28,593 bases of DNA, from positions 1 to 28,593 of IMG/VR virus record IMGVR_UViG_3300037440_000010; one strand, 5' to 3'. Shown one piece after another: positions 18,530 through 27,613 of the stretch. The notes under the pieces are model-generated. The model saw only the letters and a list, made by a program, of their open reading frames with translations, was not told the DNA's origin and did no database searches. The position numbers and the translations under genes are program-made. The stretch is from a virus (lineage: Duplodnaviria; Caudoviricetes). Each line of letters opens with the position of its first letter. The stretch's first letter is position 1.

Positions 18530-19014
18530 TACGCAGTTCTCTTAAATCTAATTGTGAAGTGCCCTCTAACCGCGTTGGCTCCGCCGCCATCTGAATTAAG
18601 CTCCAAAATCTGTCCATCAGTAAAGGCTGTGGAGAAGGCAGCGGACACAGATGTTCCGGCAGTTGAGCCAGCAGGAATAGTAAGAGTTCCAATCGTAGAG
18701 CCTCCTATACCCTGCTTAACAGACACAACAGTGTCCGTAGTAATAGACGTATTACCAGAGGTAGTAAGTCTAATACTATCTAATGTCACAGCCCCTTGCA
18801 CAGCAATATAATCTACAAAGGGTATGTTAATATCAATCATGGTATGAGCTATGACGTAGCCCACATCCACGGTACTTAATTCTCTTAGTACACTAGTACC
18901 AGCAACAGAACTAGAAGGAGTTATTACCTTCCCACTATCTGCGGTAATAGAGTCTGTTATATGCTTAGGCTCGTGGCACTCAGCATTTGGAATATCAACG
19001 TGTTCAGTTGCCAT
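18529..19014 (-). CDS. Putative virion structural (head or tail fibre-like) protein, 161 aa
   Basis: EHVDI....HEPK.I..A..GKV N-terminal motif and Thr/Ser-rich beta C-domain. Confidence 0.6.
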   Translation of the reverse strand: MATEHVDIPNAECHEPKHITDSITADSGKVITPSSSVAGTSVLRELSTVDVGYVIAHTMIDINIPFVDYIAVQGAVTLDSIRLTTSGNTSITTDTVVSVKQGIGGSTIGTLTIPAGSTAGTSVSAAFSTAFTDGQILELNSDGGGANAVRGHFTIRFKRTA

Positions 19015-19028
19015 ATTTATTCCCTAGG

Positions 19029-19052
19029 AAAAGGGGGGCCTTACGACCCCCC
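19029..19052 (-). terminator. Terminator after the capsid genes (analogous position to T7 T-phi)
   Basis: Minus strand reads GGGGGGTC-GTAA-GGCCCCCC-TTTT. The short U-tract suggests partial read-through. Confidence 0.85.
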
Positions 19053-19058
19053 AATTCA

Positions 19059-19550
19059 TTACACACCGACCTCAATATACTCAATGATGAGCTTACCCGC
19101 TCCAGCGGTCAAGTCGTCAACACTGGGAGTAACCTTAAGATAGGTAGCCAAAGTAGCGTGAGAAACCGCGCCCACTAAGGCACCAGCGCCCACAGTCCAC
19201 CCTGTATTACTACCATCCGCAGCGCCACCCCAATCATTAATTAGGCCGTCAAGATCAACGTCCGTGCCGTCTGCCAACTCCGTACCAACGTCAATGACGG
19301 TAGTACCAGAAGTTGAATTGAAGTTTGTGGTAATAACTCCGTAGCAGGCCGTAATCAGGCTATTAGCCGGAATGGACTGATACACAGCATCACCATCAAC
19401 TTCCGCAGCAGGATCGGGCAGATTGTTAAACACAATCGGCACAACTAGCTGCTTCTTAACTCCCGCAACTCGTACAGACCCCATGATCCCAGTAACGGAA
19501 TCAACCGGGCCATACTCTTGGCGAGACTGATTTGGATATTCAATAGCCAT
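19059..19550 (-). CDS. Putative capsid decoration / minor capsid protein
   Basis: Directly after the MCP and before the terminator, with strong AGGAGG RBS and capsid-like codon usage. IPANSLI...IDVGT...G.GKLIIEY pattern. Confidence 0.7.
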   Translation of the reverse strand: MAIEYPNQSRQEYGPVDSVTGIMGSVRVAGVKKQLVVPIVFNNLPDPAAEVDGDAVYQSIPANSLITACYGVITTNFNSTSGTTVIDVGTELADGTDVDLDGLINDWGGAADGSNTGWTVGAGALVGAVSHATLATYLKVTPSVDDLTAGAGKLIIEYIEVGV

Positions 19551-19562
19551 ATTATCCTCCTA

Positions 19563-20543
19563 TTACTTATACAACGTAGGATGAGAGAGGACAATACCAA
19601 GAGTATCCACACGCTGAGTACCAAAACCCCAACGAGCCGTAGTAACGTACTCGTCACGCTGGAAGTCTTTATTGTACTCACCGTCAGTCTTGGGCATTTG
19701 ACGCATTGCGCCCATCAGCGGCTTGCACTGGTCATCAGCAACGCACATAAACACGTTGGAGATAAAGCCAGCAGCAGCCGTGTTATTACCACCGGGGCCG
19801 CCATCAATAGTTTCCGCAGCAGCAATACGATGCAGGCGATTGCTAACCCAAATGTCCCAACCCATGATGTTACGAAGGAAGTGATGATCCTTGGCAAACG
19901 CCGAGGTAATCAAACCCTCAAACTTCGGGTTGTTAACGAAGCCCTGATCGCCAGCAAGCTTATTGATGGCAGCTTCGGACACCGGATCAACAATAGCAAT
20001 ACGGCCCATTTCGGGGACGTTTGCCTTGTCAAAAGCCAGTCGCATATAGACAAACTCTTCGATACCGAAGACACCAACAGTCGTTCCGTTATCCGCAACA
20101 ATACGATGTGCGAAGCCGTTAAACGTGTTGGGCTCATCTACTGTCTGGCCGTCATTAGCAGCCTTAAGCAGATCGGTCTCCCATTTCTCCTTAATCTTAC
20201 GGAGATGATTGGGGGCAATGGACGCTTCCAAAGCAGCAGCCTTATAGGCGTCCTGCTTCAGCTTGTTCGTCACATACGTTCCGCCCTGCACATACTCAGT
20301 AATAGTCAGAGAAACCTGACCCGTATCAATAGCGTCATACTTGACCGCTGTATCTTCTACATAATCCCTAAGCACGGTCTCGCCGAGCGTCGGAATAAAC
20401 AAGGTATCACCATCGCCGAAGTCCGAAACATTTCGATGCAACGACTCAGGGAGATACCCATCCTTCAACTGCTCCAACATGAACTCAGAATAAACCTGAG
20501 CTTTAATCAGTGGAGTAGTATTCGCAGTGGTATTACTAGACAT
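19563..20543 (-). CDS. Major capsid protein
   Basis: AAGGAGG RBS; DFGDGDTLFIPTLG, FDKANVP..GRIAIVDP, NIMGWDIWVSNRL and TARWGFG; follows the scaffold gene. Confidence 0.92.
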   Translation of the reverse strand: MSSNTTANTTPLIKAQVYSEFMLEQLKDGYLPESLHRNVSDFGDGDTLFIPTLGETVLRDYVEDTAVKYDAIDTGQVSLTITEYVQGGTYVTNKLKQDAYKAAALEASIAPNHLRKIKEKWETDLLKAANDGQTVDEPNTFNGFAHRIVADNGTTVGVFGIEEFVYMRLAFDKANVPEMGRIAIVDPVSEAAINKLAGDQGFVNNPKFEGLITSAFAKDHHFLRNIMGWDIWVSNRLHRIAAAETIDGGPGGNNTAAAGFISNVFMCVADDQCKPLMGAMRQMPKTDGEYNKDFQRDEYVTTARWGFGTQRVDTLGIVLSHPTLYK

Positions 20544-20570
20544 TTAAAATGTCCTCCTTAAAGTAGAGGT

Positions 20571-21290
20571 TTACCCGGCCCCCTGCAATTTCCGGTTTAG
20601 TGCCTCTTGATAGATTTCCATTCTGTCTCTATCGGTGCGAGCTTCAAAAATATTGCGCTTTGTGGGCGCATTATCACTGCCCTTTAGGGCCTGTGTATTA
20701 ATGTCGCTCTTAGTAGGTTGTGGGACTGGTGCAGCTACCTTATCAAAGTAAGCAAGAAAAGCCTTGGGTTTGGTTTTAGCAAATTCCATAGCTTCTGCCT
20801 TAGTCATGCCTAACGGTTCTACGACCTTAGCAACCACCTCATCAACTGAGGTGCCATACTTCTTAGTTAAGGACTGCTTTACAGCAGCAAGGTTCTCATT
20901 CTGTCGAGCTATACGAGCCTCTTCATCTAAAGACCCCCTAACCATACTTGCAACCGTCTGAGCAATTTGATCTGGATCAACAATTGTCTGTTTGTTATCC
21001 CCATCAAGCTCAAGCTTCCTTGCGAGTACTTCTGCTGTACCTTTATATTTGTTCACTTCTGCTTTAAGAGCGGCAAGTTGTTCCCTTTCAGCCTGACGTT
21101 CGGCCTCAAGAGTGGCAATATGCTGATCCGCAGAGGTGATCTTTTTAATAGCAGCCTCGGCAGTGTACTTTCTACCATTCACTTCAAAATGAACACCAGT
21201 GTCTTTGGTGCCTTTGTCGTCGAATGCTCCGCCTGAATCATCAGGACTTTTATTGTCTGCATTGTCAGCAAACGATACATTATCGGTCAT
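20571..21290 (-). CDS. Capsid scaffolding protein
   Basis: Acidic N-terminus, GRKY..., ADQHIATLE coiled-coil; between portal and MCP. GAGG supports ATG 21290. Confidence 0.8.
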   Translation of the reverse strand: MTDNVSFADNADNKSPDDSGGAFDDKGTKDTGVHFEVNGRKYTAEAAIKKITSADQHIATLEAERQAEREQLAALKAEVNKYKGTAEVLARKLELDGDNKQTIVDPDQIAQTVASMVRGSLDEEARIARQNENLAAVKQSLTKKYGTSVDEVVAKVVEPLGMTKAEAMEFAKTKPKAFLAYFDKVAAPVPQPTKSDINTQALKGSDNAPTKRNIFEARTDRDRMEIYQEALNRKLQGAG

Positions 21291-21594
21291 GGTCAACCTC
21301 GTTGTAATCATACATTAGTAATGAGAGGGCTTCTCGGATACCCCGGCGGTAGCCTCTCGAATCCGCTTGATAAAGTTCCCAATTGGGAACCTCATACAAA
21401 TCTTTCTTTTCATCATCTTTAATTGCTTTCTCCAACTTGTCAGCTAGAAGATTGGCAACTCTTTCTCTAACCTCAAAAGAAGACCTATATTGCTGTATGA
21501 ACAGCTTCTTCTTTTCACTCTCTAGTCCTGCTGTTAGGACTGTATAATTTTTAGACTTAGGCTGTTCCGCCACCAATGTTTCCTTCTTCATCAA
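21280..21594 (-). CDS. Hypothetical protein after the portal (true start may be a few codons downstream)
   Basis: YEVPNWELYQADSRGYRRG segment; overlaps portal and scaffold. Confidence 0.75.
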   Translation of the reverse strand: MMKKETLVAEQPKSKNYTVLTAGLESEKKKLFIQQYRSSFEVRERVANLLADKLEKAIKDDEKKDLYEVPNWELYQADSRGYRRGIREALSLLMYDYNEVDHDR

Positions 21595-23332
21595 CCTGTT
21601 GTTCCACAGCTAAGTCCTCAGTTGCGGCCTGCCCAAGTCGTTGTAATTGGACTTCCTCTTGAACTCTGCCAAAAGGAGTAAGTAGATCAAATTTCTGGAA
21701 GCCTAGGAGGTCTTCCCATACTTTAGCAAGCTTCAACGTAGGAAAGTGTTGAGCCATAATTGGGTCTTGCTGAAGTACTGTTGAGAACACTTGTAAATTT
21801 TGCACCAACTGGCTTTCCCTAGCAAAGTGCCTAGCGCCCATCGGTATTAGCTTACCATTAGCATAAATATCTTCTTTAGTGATAGTGGCAAAATCTATGG
21901 CACCATAGGTGTTGTCCATTGCTACAGTATCGGTCCCATCAAGATTTCTAATGCCTGTTTCTAACTCACTGTTAACAACCTTCTCAACAAACATCTTATT
22001 AAAGTAGTTAGCCTTATTATTAAACATCCTGCTTGCAGCAGTAGCCAAAGAGTCTACCTCAAAAGCAGTCTTTTCCCCCGGAGTTCTTACTCCGGCAGCC
22101 TCTCTAGGCGCTCCAGCATAGAGTTCCATCTCATCTTCCTTCCTCTGTATTTGGAAGTCAGCATTGAGAATAGTAGTATCAGGGACAAGGTTATCAACAC
22201 TACCCTCGCCAGAAGCGATGATAAAGCGACCTCCAGAACGACCATCTTGTATTCCCTCCTCTTCTACATCTCCAACCAGTACCCTTGTCGGGAAGATCAT
22301 CTGATCCATAGCATCCGCTCTTGCATTCTCCAGATGGTTGATTAAATACTGCATACCAACTAGATTGTCCAACGGCCCCATGCTCCAAGAGTTGTCGGGA
22401 CGCGGCCTCCATCCACAATGGAAAATTGGCGGTTGCCCATCAGCAGTGTAATATGGAACCTTTCTTAGAACCCACTGACGATCAGCAACAGTAATTAGGT
22501 GATTCTTGTAGAGCTTGTCTTCAGCAATATCGTAAATATCACCATGAAACTCTAGGAGTTCTACATAGCTGCTATTTACATAGTCATGTGGATTAGAAAA
22601 ACCATCAAATCTTAGTTGGACAGTTTTGTTAATCTCCTCAACGCTATATTTGCGAAGCTGGCTTCTCCACTCCCGCATCTTATTAAAGACAACGAGATCG
22701 TACTTAAGCTCGGGCTGTTCTTCTAGGTCTCTAGCCAGTTCCCCGAAAGAACGAAGTGATCTGGTAATCTTGGGACTATCATAGAAGCTAGGAGCCAAAG
22801 GATTAAATACTATATCGTATGGGCTAATGCGGGAGACCTTACTACCAGCATACACAACCGTAGGCACGTTGTTCAAATCAACATGCTTCTGAACTACATA
22901 ATCTACCCTAGCAAAGCAGTTCCCATGCAGGAGCCAATCACCAAGACATTTCTGAATCTCTAGTTCAAAGTCGTTTTGGGCGTGCTTAGTACGCATGTAG
23001 CCTTCAATCTTAAGGCGTTTGGCAGCGGCAACAGCATCATTATCATACCCAACAAACTTCAGCCAGTCCTCATTAGGAAACAAGGCATACATATAGTTAG
23101 CAATCAGATTATCATAAATCTGAGTGATCTTAGGAATATGAGTACTATGGCTCCATTCATTCTGCTTGTTAGTTGTCTCTCTAGTAGAAGTAGCAAAGAC
23201 ATACTCGATCACTTCCTTCCACCGTCTTTTAGCTTCTACTCTTCCAGAATCCCAAGAACTCCAAAGATCAGAAATCTCAGCAGCCAGTTGGTCTGATGTG
23301 AAGTCGCCCTCAAGTACAATAGCTTTCTTCAT
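21557..23332 (-). CDS. Portal protein
   Basis: 591 aa after TerL; RISPYDIVFNP, GWRPRPDN..MGPLDNLVGMQY and GVRTPGEKTAFEV. Confidence 0.92.
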   Translation of the reverse strand: MKKAIVLEGDFTSDQLAAEISDLWSSWDSGRVEAKRRWKEVIEYVFATSTRETTNKQNEWSHSTHIPKITQIYDNLIANYMYALFPNEDWLKFVGYDNDAVAAAKRLKIEGYMRTKHAQNDFELEIQKCLGDWLLHGNCFARVDYVVQKHVDLNNVPTVVYAGSKVSRISPYDIVFNPLAPSFYDSPKITRSLRSFGELARDLEEQPELKYDLVVFNKMREWRSQLRKYSVEEINKTVQLRFDGFSNPHDYVNSSYVELLEFHGDIYDIAEDKLYKNHLITVADRQWVLRKVPYYTADGQPPIFHCGWRPRPDNSWSMGPLDNLVGMQYLINHLENARADAMDQMIFPTRVLVGDVEEEGIQDGRSGGRFIIASGEGSVDNLVPDTTILNADFQIQRKEDEMELYAGAPREAAGVRTPGEKTAFEVDSLATAASRMFNNKANYFNKMFVEKVVNSELETGIRNLDGTDTVAMDNTYGAIDFATITKEDIYANGKLIPMGARHFARESQLVQNLQVFSTVLQQDPIMAQHFPTLKLAKVWEDLLGFQKFDLLTPFGRVQEEVQLQRLGQAATEDLAVEQQVDEEGNIGGGTA

Positions 23333-23334
23333 GG

Positions 23335-24876
23335 TTAACGAATCAGCCCGCCGAATCTTGGATGGAAGTTAATAGGAACCACATTATTATTCATTCGTTC
23401 TTTCCTTACAGGAGGTCTACTAATCTCAACCGCTGCGGCCAGAGCGTCCTTTAAGTCATCATGCTTAGGACGCTGTAGAATTATTTCATTTTCTAGTACA
23501 TTAGTAAGACCACATTTAGCATGTAGTACTGTACCATTTTCATATCTAGGCTCAAGTATGGCTGCTATTCTTTCTAACTTTCTGCCTTCGTTCTTAGTGG
23601 AAGCCTTGCCATCAACAACCAGATGGCCTCCTTGCTTCCGAACCATATCCTTAACATACTCACAAACTAGATTACCACCAGCATTGGTCTCAATTCTGAT
23701 GTTTCTGAACCCCCACTTCCTATGTAACTTGTCAATCTCTACATAGTAGTCCTCGTATCTAAAGGTCTTAAAGCGGGACATATCTAGAACATAAATATAT
23801 CCATCAGAATCCACACCAATAACAACGATAGCAGTGTAGTCGGCAGTAGCCGTTTCTGTATATGCCAAGTCAGCAGCAGCAAAGATATTAAGCCTCTTAT
23901 CTTGATAGTACCATACTCCCTTTTCACATGTCAAATGAGTTAATTCATAGTATCTAAACTTAGACGAATCAACTCTGTTAGACTCTGGATCATTAGGATC
24001 ATTATAGTACTGGGCATAGTATTGTGTACGATCAAGATACTTGGCTCTCTTTCTTGCCAGTTCTTTCTCATCAAACCCAAAAGCTCTACCGTCTGTACGA
24101 ACTTGCCGAGGCCACAAGAAGGCCCCATCCTGTTCTACTACCTTTTCAAACACCTCGTAAACCGGGACCTCATCTACTACTTCCCCATTCTCTCCAATAA
24201 TTTCTTCCTTCATATCTATCATCTTACTGTAGATGTCAGCAGGATGATAGCGTGTCCCAACAGCCCATTGCTTAGAGCCAGTGGTTTCCACAGATGCTAG
24301 TTGGGAGTACATAACCTCAACCTGAAGTCTTCCCTCCTCCGTGTAAGCATTCTTAGGAACGACTATATCATCAAGTATGATAATATTACAATGAAGCCCA
24401 GTAACATTAGCGGTAAGACCAGCCGCTTTAATGGTAGGGTCTCGTACTCCCTCTGCCCGTCTTTTTGGGTGGTCAACAGAGATTTCAGCAACATTCCATA
24501 ACTCTCTAGTATTCTCGTCCATACTGACCATCTCAGGCCAGTATCTACGATATACTTCTGAAGTGATAATGTTCTTAATCGCATATAGCTGCTTTTCAGC
24601 AAGGTCGCTGGTAGCAGATATATATAATATAGTTGTCCAAGGATTCTTGGTAATTTCCCAAGCAGCCCGGACAGCGGCACAGTGACTCTTCTGGTGGTCT
24701 CTGGGAAGTAGTACTAACTGATTATCTTTTGAGTCCGGCCTAGTCCACCATCTGAAGAGTTCTTTGTGTACATCACCATAAACCCGATTAGGATTAGTTA
24801 GGCAAGCAAAAGTATACAAGTCTGCCTCAGCAGCTTTGATAATCTCTCTTTTTTGCTCTGCACTTATTCTTGCCAT
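23335..24876 (-). CDS. terL: Terminase large subunit
   Basis: LLPRDHQKS (Walker A variant), IIILDD (Walker B), GTRYH, and nuclease motifs AADLA and HDDLKDALA. Confidence 0.95.
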   Translation of the reverse strand: MARISAEQKREIIKAAEADLYTFACLTNPNRVYGDVHKELFRWWTRPDSKDNQLVLLPRDHQKSHCAAVRAAWEITKNPWTTILYISATSDLAEKQLYAIKNIITSEVYRRYWPEMVSMDENTRELWNVAEISVDHPKRRAEGVRDPTIKAAGLTANVTGLHCNIIILDDIVVPKNAYTEEGRLQVEVMYSQLASVETTGSKQWAVGTRYHPADIYSKMIDMKEEIIGENGEVVDEVPVYEVFEKVVEQDGAFLWPRQVRTDGRAFGFDEKELARKRAKYLDRTQYYAQYYNDPNDPESNRVDSSKFRYYELTHLTCEKGVWYYQDKRLNIFAAADLAYTETATADYTAIVVIGVDSDGYIYVLDMSRFKTFRYEDYYVEIDKLHRKWGFRNIRIETNAGGNLVCEYVKDMVRKQGGHLVVDGKASTKNEGRKLERIAAILEPRYENGTVLHAKCGLTNVLENEIILQRPKHDDLKDALAAAVEISRPPVRKERMNNNVVPINFHPRFGGLIR

Positions 24877-25469
24877 TAGTGTTTAACTAAAGAAAGAATA
24901 CGCTCATGATCTTTCTTTACGTTAACTTCTTTTTCTTTTTCGTACCGTTCTTTCATTTCAGGAGTAACCTTATCTGGTCTTCCAACTTTCTTGGGTCCGA
25001 GAATAAGGAACTTAGCAGCATTAGTGTCGCCCTGCATTGCTTGGCTCATAAGAACAGTCTGGGCTATGGCAATCTTACGCATTTCCTGCTCTTGTCTCCA
25101 TTGCTTTAGGCTTGTCCAAGCATACGGCTTATAATCTTGCGGATTAAACCCCTCAACAAACCAGTCGTTCTCTAGGAGCATGTTCCAATGCTCAATAGAA
25201 CCAACCAGCTTCTTAGCAGCCTCATACTCACTATCAGAAGCAATATAAATTTGTTTGGCTGAAGGAAGCCACTTCTCGTGTCTCCAATCCCATTCTTCCG
25301 TTTCTTTAAGAGTGTACACAGCAGGGTATTTCTCATGCTGTGTTTTTTGTATAGTCTCAAAGAAGAGCGCCTGTGTCTTTCTGCGATTATCAGGAGCCCT
25401 TACATCTACCGGAGGTTCCCACCTAATATAGTCGAATGCTGGAATAGGAGTATCTTCTTTCTTACTCAT
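24876..25469 (-). CDS. Putative terminase small subunit
   Basis: TAATG-coupled to terL; SEYEAAKKLVGSIEHW, AAKFL and VGRP motifs. Confidence 0.65.
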   Translation of the reverse strand: MSKKEDTPIPAFDYIRWEPPVDVRAPDNRRKTQALFFETIQKTQHEKYPAVYTLKETEEWDWRHEKWLPSAKQIYIASDSEYEAAKKLVGSIEHWNMLLENDWFVEGFNPQDYKPYAWTSLKQWRQEQEMRKIAIAQTVLMSQAMQGDTNAAKFLILGPKKVGRPDKVTPEMKERYEKEKEVNVKKDHERILSLVKH

Positions 25470-25614
25470 CAGGATATAACTTCTGTATAATTCTGTCTAA
25501 GGATTCTTTGATATGCTTATAGTCGTTGCGTACTAGGGCCCCTCTAACCTCCACCGAAACAATCCAGCCCCCCATCACTGCCATCATAGGCCAATATGTG
25601 ATTAACTGGTCCAT
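25462..25614 (-). CDS. 50-aa protein with hydrophobic N-terminus and short coiled-coil (possible lysis accessory), not in the ORF track
   Basis: MDQLITYWPMMAVMGGWIVSVEVRG...IKESLDRIIQKL. TAATG-coupled to the tail fibre and overlapping the next start. Confidence 0.75.
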   Translation of the reverse strand: MDQLITYWPMMAVMGGWIVSVEVRGALVRNDYKHIKESLDRIIQKLYPDE

Positions 25615-27332
25615 TAAACGCTATAACTAATATTAGCTGTGCCACCATCATATACTGTGGTGCCAGCATTAGTACAAGTAATTCTAACTCTATCTAAAGT
25701 GGATGATAGGGCCTTTGATCCAAATGTGTAATACACATTTGGGCCTGTGGGATCGGACAGGCCCCCAGAGATAACCCACAAATTAGTAGAGCCATTCAGA
25801 AGCCGTAAAGTAACACACCCATAAAGTAATTCTGACGAACTGGGAGCCCTAGTTAAGATAAATCCAGTAGTTGATCCAGTCTCTCCTGCTCGTTCACCAA
25901 CAACAGAATTATATCCAGAAGATTCAATACCACCAGAATCTCCCAACTTAAGTAAAAAGGACTCTCCGTTATCGTCCAAAGAGGCCGCATCAAACATAAC
26001 ATTGATTTCTTTAATTCCGGCTGGAAGGCTGTTAAAATCAATTGTTGATCCAGATAAGCTTTGCGGGGTTCCTTGGGTTTTTCCACCAGTTGCAGTGTCC
26101 CATATTGGGTTGGCTCCGGCACCTTGGGTCTTTAGAACCTGTCCAACATTACCGGCCCCCAGCCTTGCCCACCCAGCGGCACCCCTATACAGTATGTCTC
26201 CTTGAGCAGCAGAGCCAATAAAGTCTAGAATTTCAGATAAGGTACATTCTTCAATAACACCAGCAGCCGCAGTCTTTCTACCAAGAATTCTAGATGTAGC
26301 TGATACGTTCTGAATCTTAGCATACGTAATTGCTTTATCAACAACTTTAGTTGTACTAACAGCGTTAATTGCAAGTTTATCTTCTGTTACTGCCTCATCA
26401 AGAATCTTAGCTGATTCTACTGAATCAGCAGCAAGTCCAGCAGCAACAACCTGCCCAAACCCAATACTAGTGCCGCCTCTACGAAGAACTTCTCCGTCTG
26501 TTGCTGCAACAATATCTGCTTTTACTCCAGAAGTATTGGCTGCTCTACCAAGAACAGACAGACCTGCGCTATCTTCAATCTTGGCATGAGTGATGCTGGC
26601 ATCAGGAAATGCTGTGCCACCGCCATAGTTATTCACGGTCCAATCATCAGGAGCCGCGCTAGGATTAGCGGTTAAAGTTACACCAGCAGTCTGAGCAGTG
26701 ATAGTGTTGCTAGCAGCCCCACCAATGGTATCAGTACCATCTGGAGTAATGATAACATCGTTAGCACTAGCATCAGTTTTAGTGATTGAAACAATAAAGG
26801 GAGGAGTTAGTGTGGCAATAGAGGGAAGATTAATATCAACATCTCCACCAGTCGTATCCACATTAAACAAGGTACCATCCTGTAGATCAGTAATGGTATA
26901 AGGAGTATCAGCAAAGGTAAGATATACTATACTATTCCAAATAATGGAATCCGCAGCGGCTTGAGCTGCTAAAGCATCTTCCGCGGCCTCAGCAGCCGCA
27001 GCCTCAGCATTAGTCTCCGCCGTTTCTGCATTCATCTCAGACACTAGTGCAGCCGCAGCAGAAGCAGCAGCAGCATCCACATCCGCTGCTAACTGTACAA
27101 CATCTACGTCTACCAGCCTAAGAGCATCATTATCGTTCTGAGGAGCACCAAGATTAATGATCCTCTTAGAGTTCATATCAATGTCCGTATTCATGACATT
27201 GGAACCATTATCATCCCCAGAATTTCTGGAGAGGCTGTTCTCCAGAGCTTCTTGTAGGCGCTCTAAGTTATCATTAACCCCAAGCTCTAGATTAATGCCA
27301 GAAACAGGAGTTTGAGTATAGTTAGTAGACAT
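25614..27332 (-). CDS. Tail fibre protein
   Basis: N-terminal anchor NDN...SLSR...MNTDIDMNSKRIINL..P...DA, Ala-rich stalk, 10-aa D.AVT..KI-type repeats, QGDILY...WARL..G..GQVL motif and beta-rich tip. Confidence 0.85.
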   Translation of the reverse strand: MSTNYTQTPVSGINLELGVNDNLERLQEALENSLSRNSGDDNGSNVMNTDIDMNSKRIINLGAPQNDNDALRLVDVDVVQLAADVDAAAASAAAALVSEMNAETAETNAEAAAAEAAEDALAAQAAADSIIWNSIVYLTFADTPYTITDLQDGTLFNVDTTGGDVDINLPSIATLTPPFIVSITKTDASANDVIITPDGTDTIGGAASNTITAQTAGVTLTANPSAAPDDWTVNNYGGGTAFPDASITHAKIEDSAGLSVLGRAANTSGVKADIVAATDGEVLRRGGTSIGFGQVVAAGLAADSVESAKILDEAVTEDKLAINAVSTTKVVDKAITYAKIQNVSATSRILGRKTAAAGVIEECTLSEILDFIGSAAQGDILYRGAAGWARLGAGNVGQVLKTQGAGANPIWDTATGGKTQGTPQSLSGSTIDFNSLPAGIKEINVMFDAASLDDNGESFLLKLGDSGGIESSGYNSVVGERAGETGSTTGFILTRAPSSSELLYGCVTLRLLNGSTNLWVISGGLSDPTGPNVYYTFGSKALSSTLDRVRITCTNAGTTVYDGGTANISYSV

Positions 27333-27376
27333 TAGTAATACTTACGCCTTTTCTTTTTCTTAAGTCTCTTAGGCAT
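27332..27376 (-). CDS. 14-aa basic micro-[17 protein letters not shown]
   Basis: Start overlaps the end of the upstream ORF, with GAGG upstream. Its stop overlaps the tail-fibre ATG (TAATG). Confidence 0.5.
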   Translation of the reverse strand: MPKRLKKKKRRKYY

Positions 27377-27515
27377 TCTTCTTCCTCTTTCTTCGGCCTC
27401 TGCCTGCTTGTGAATAAGCAATAGCAGCAGCCTGCTTTTTAGAATAACCAGATTTCACCAATTCTCTCATATTCTTGGATATGACAGAATTAGTGCTTCC
27501 TTCAACTAAAGGCAT
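27369..27515 (-). CDS. 48-aa basic protein ([39 protein letters not shown]...), not in the ORF track
   Basis: Matches the common small phage family pattern MPL..G.S...IS.NI.E....G...KQA.AIA.S.A found near packaging genes. Confidence 0.85.
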   Translation of the reverse strand: MPLVEGSTNSVISKNMRELVKSGYSKKQAAAIAYSQAGRGRRKRKKNA

Positions 27516-27592
27516 TGGAGAGTCCTGTGGGAATCGAACCCACGCCGTACGGTTTGGAAGACCGACATGCTACCAGCAAACACCCAGAACTC
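27516..27592 (-). tRNA. tRNA-Gly (anticodon TCC), 77 nt with encoded CCA and atypical D-arm
   Basis: GAGTTCT/AGGACTC acceptor stem, GTGT/GCAT D-stem, CGGT-CTTCCAA-ACCG anticodon arm, GTGGG-TTCGATT-CCCAC T-arm, discriminator U and CCA. Confidence 0.88.
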
Positions 27593-27613
27593 AATCATCC
27601 CATGCATCAATCA

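Noticed and set aside
19551-19565. Read-through fusion of MCP to the in-frame downstream gene
   Set aside because: Tandem TAA TAG stops, an independent AGGAGG RBS and no slippery sequence.
19518-20561. 347-aa antisense ORF over the major capsid gene
   Set aside because: Mirrors the MCP almost exactly. It is the expected shadow of biased codon usage, with no motif or convincing RBS.
27516-27592. tRNA as prophage attachment site or suppressor tRNA
   Set aside because: Phage genes lie on both sides, with no integrase or duplicated 3' end in the window. The anticodon is TCC and genes read intact in the standard code.
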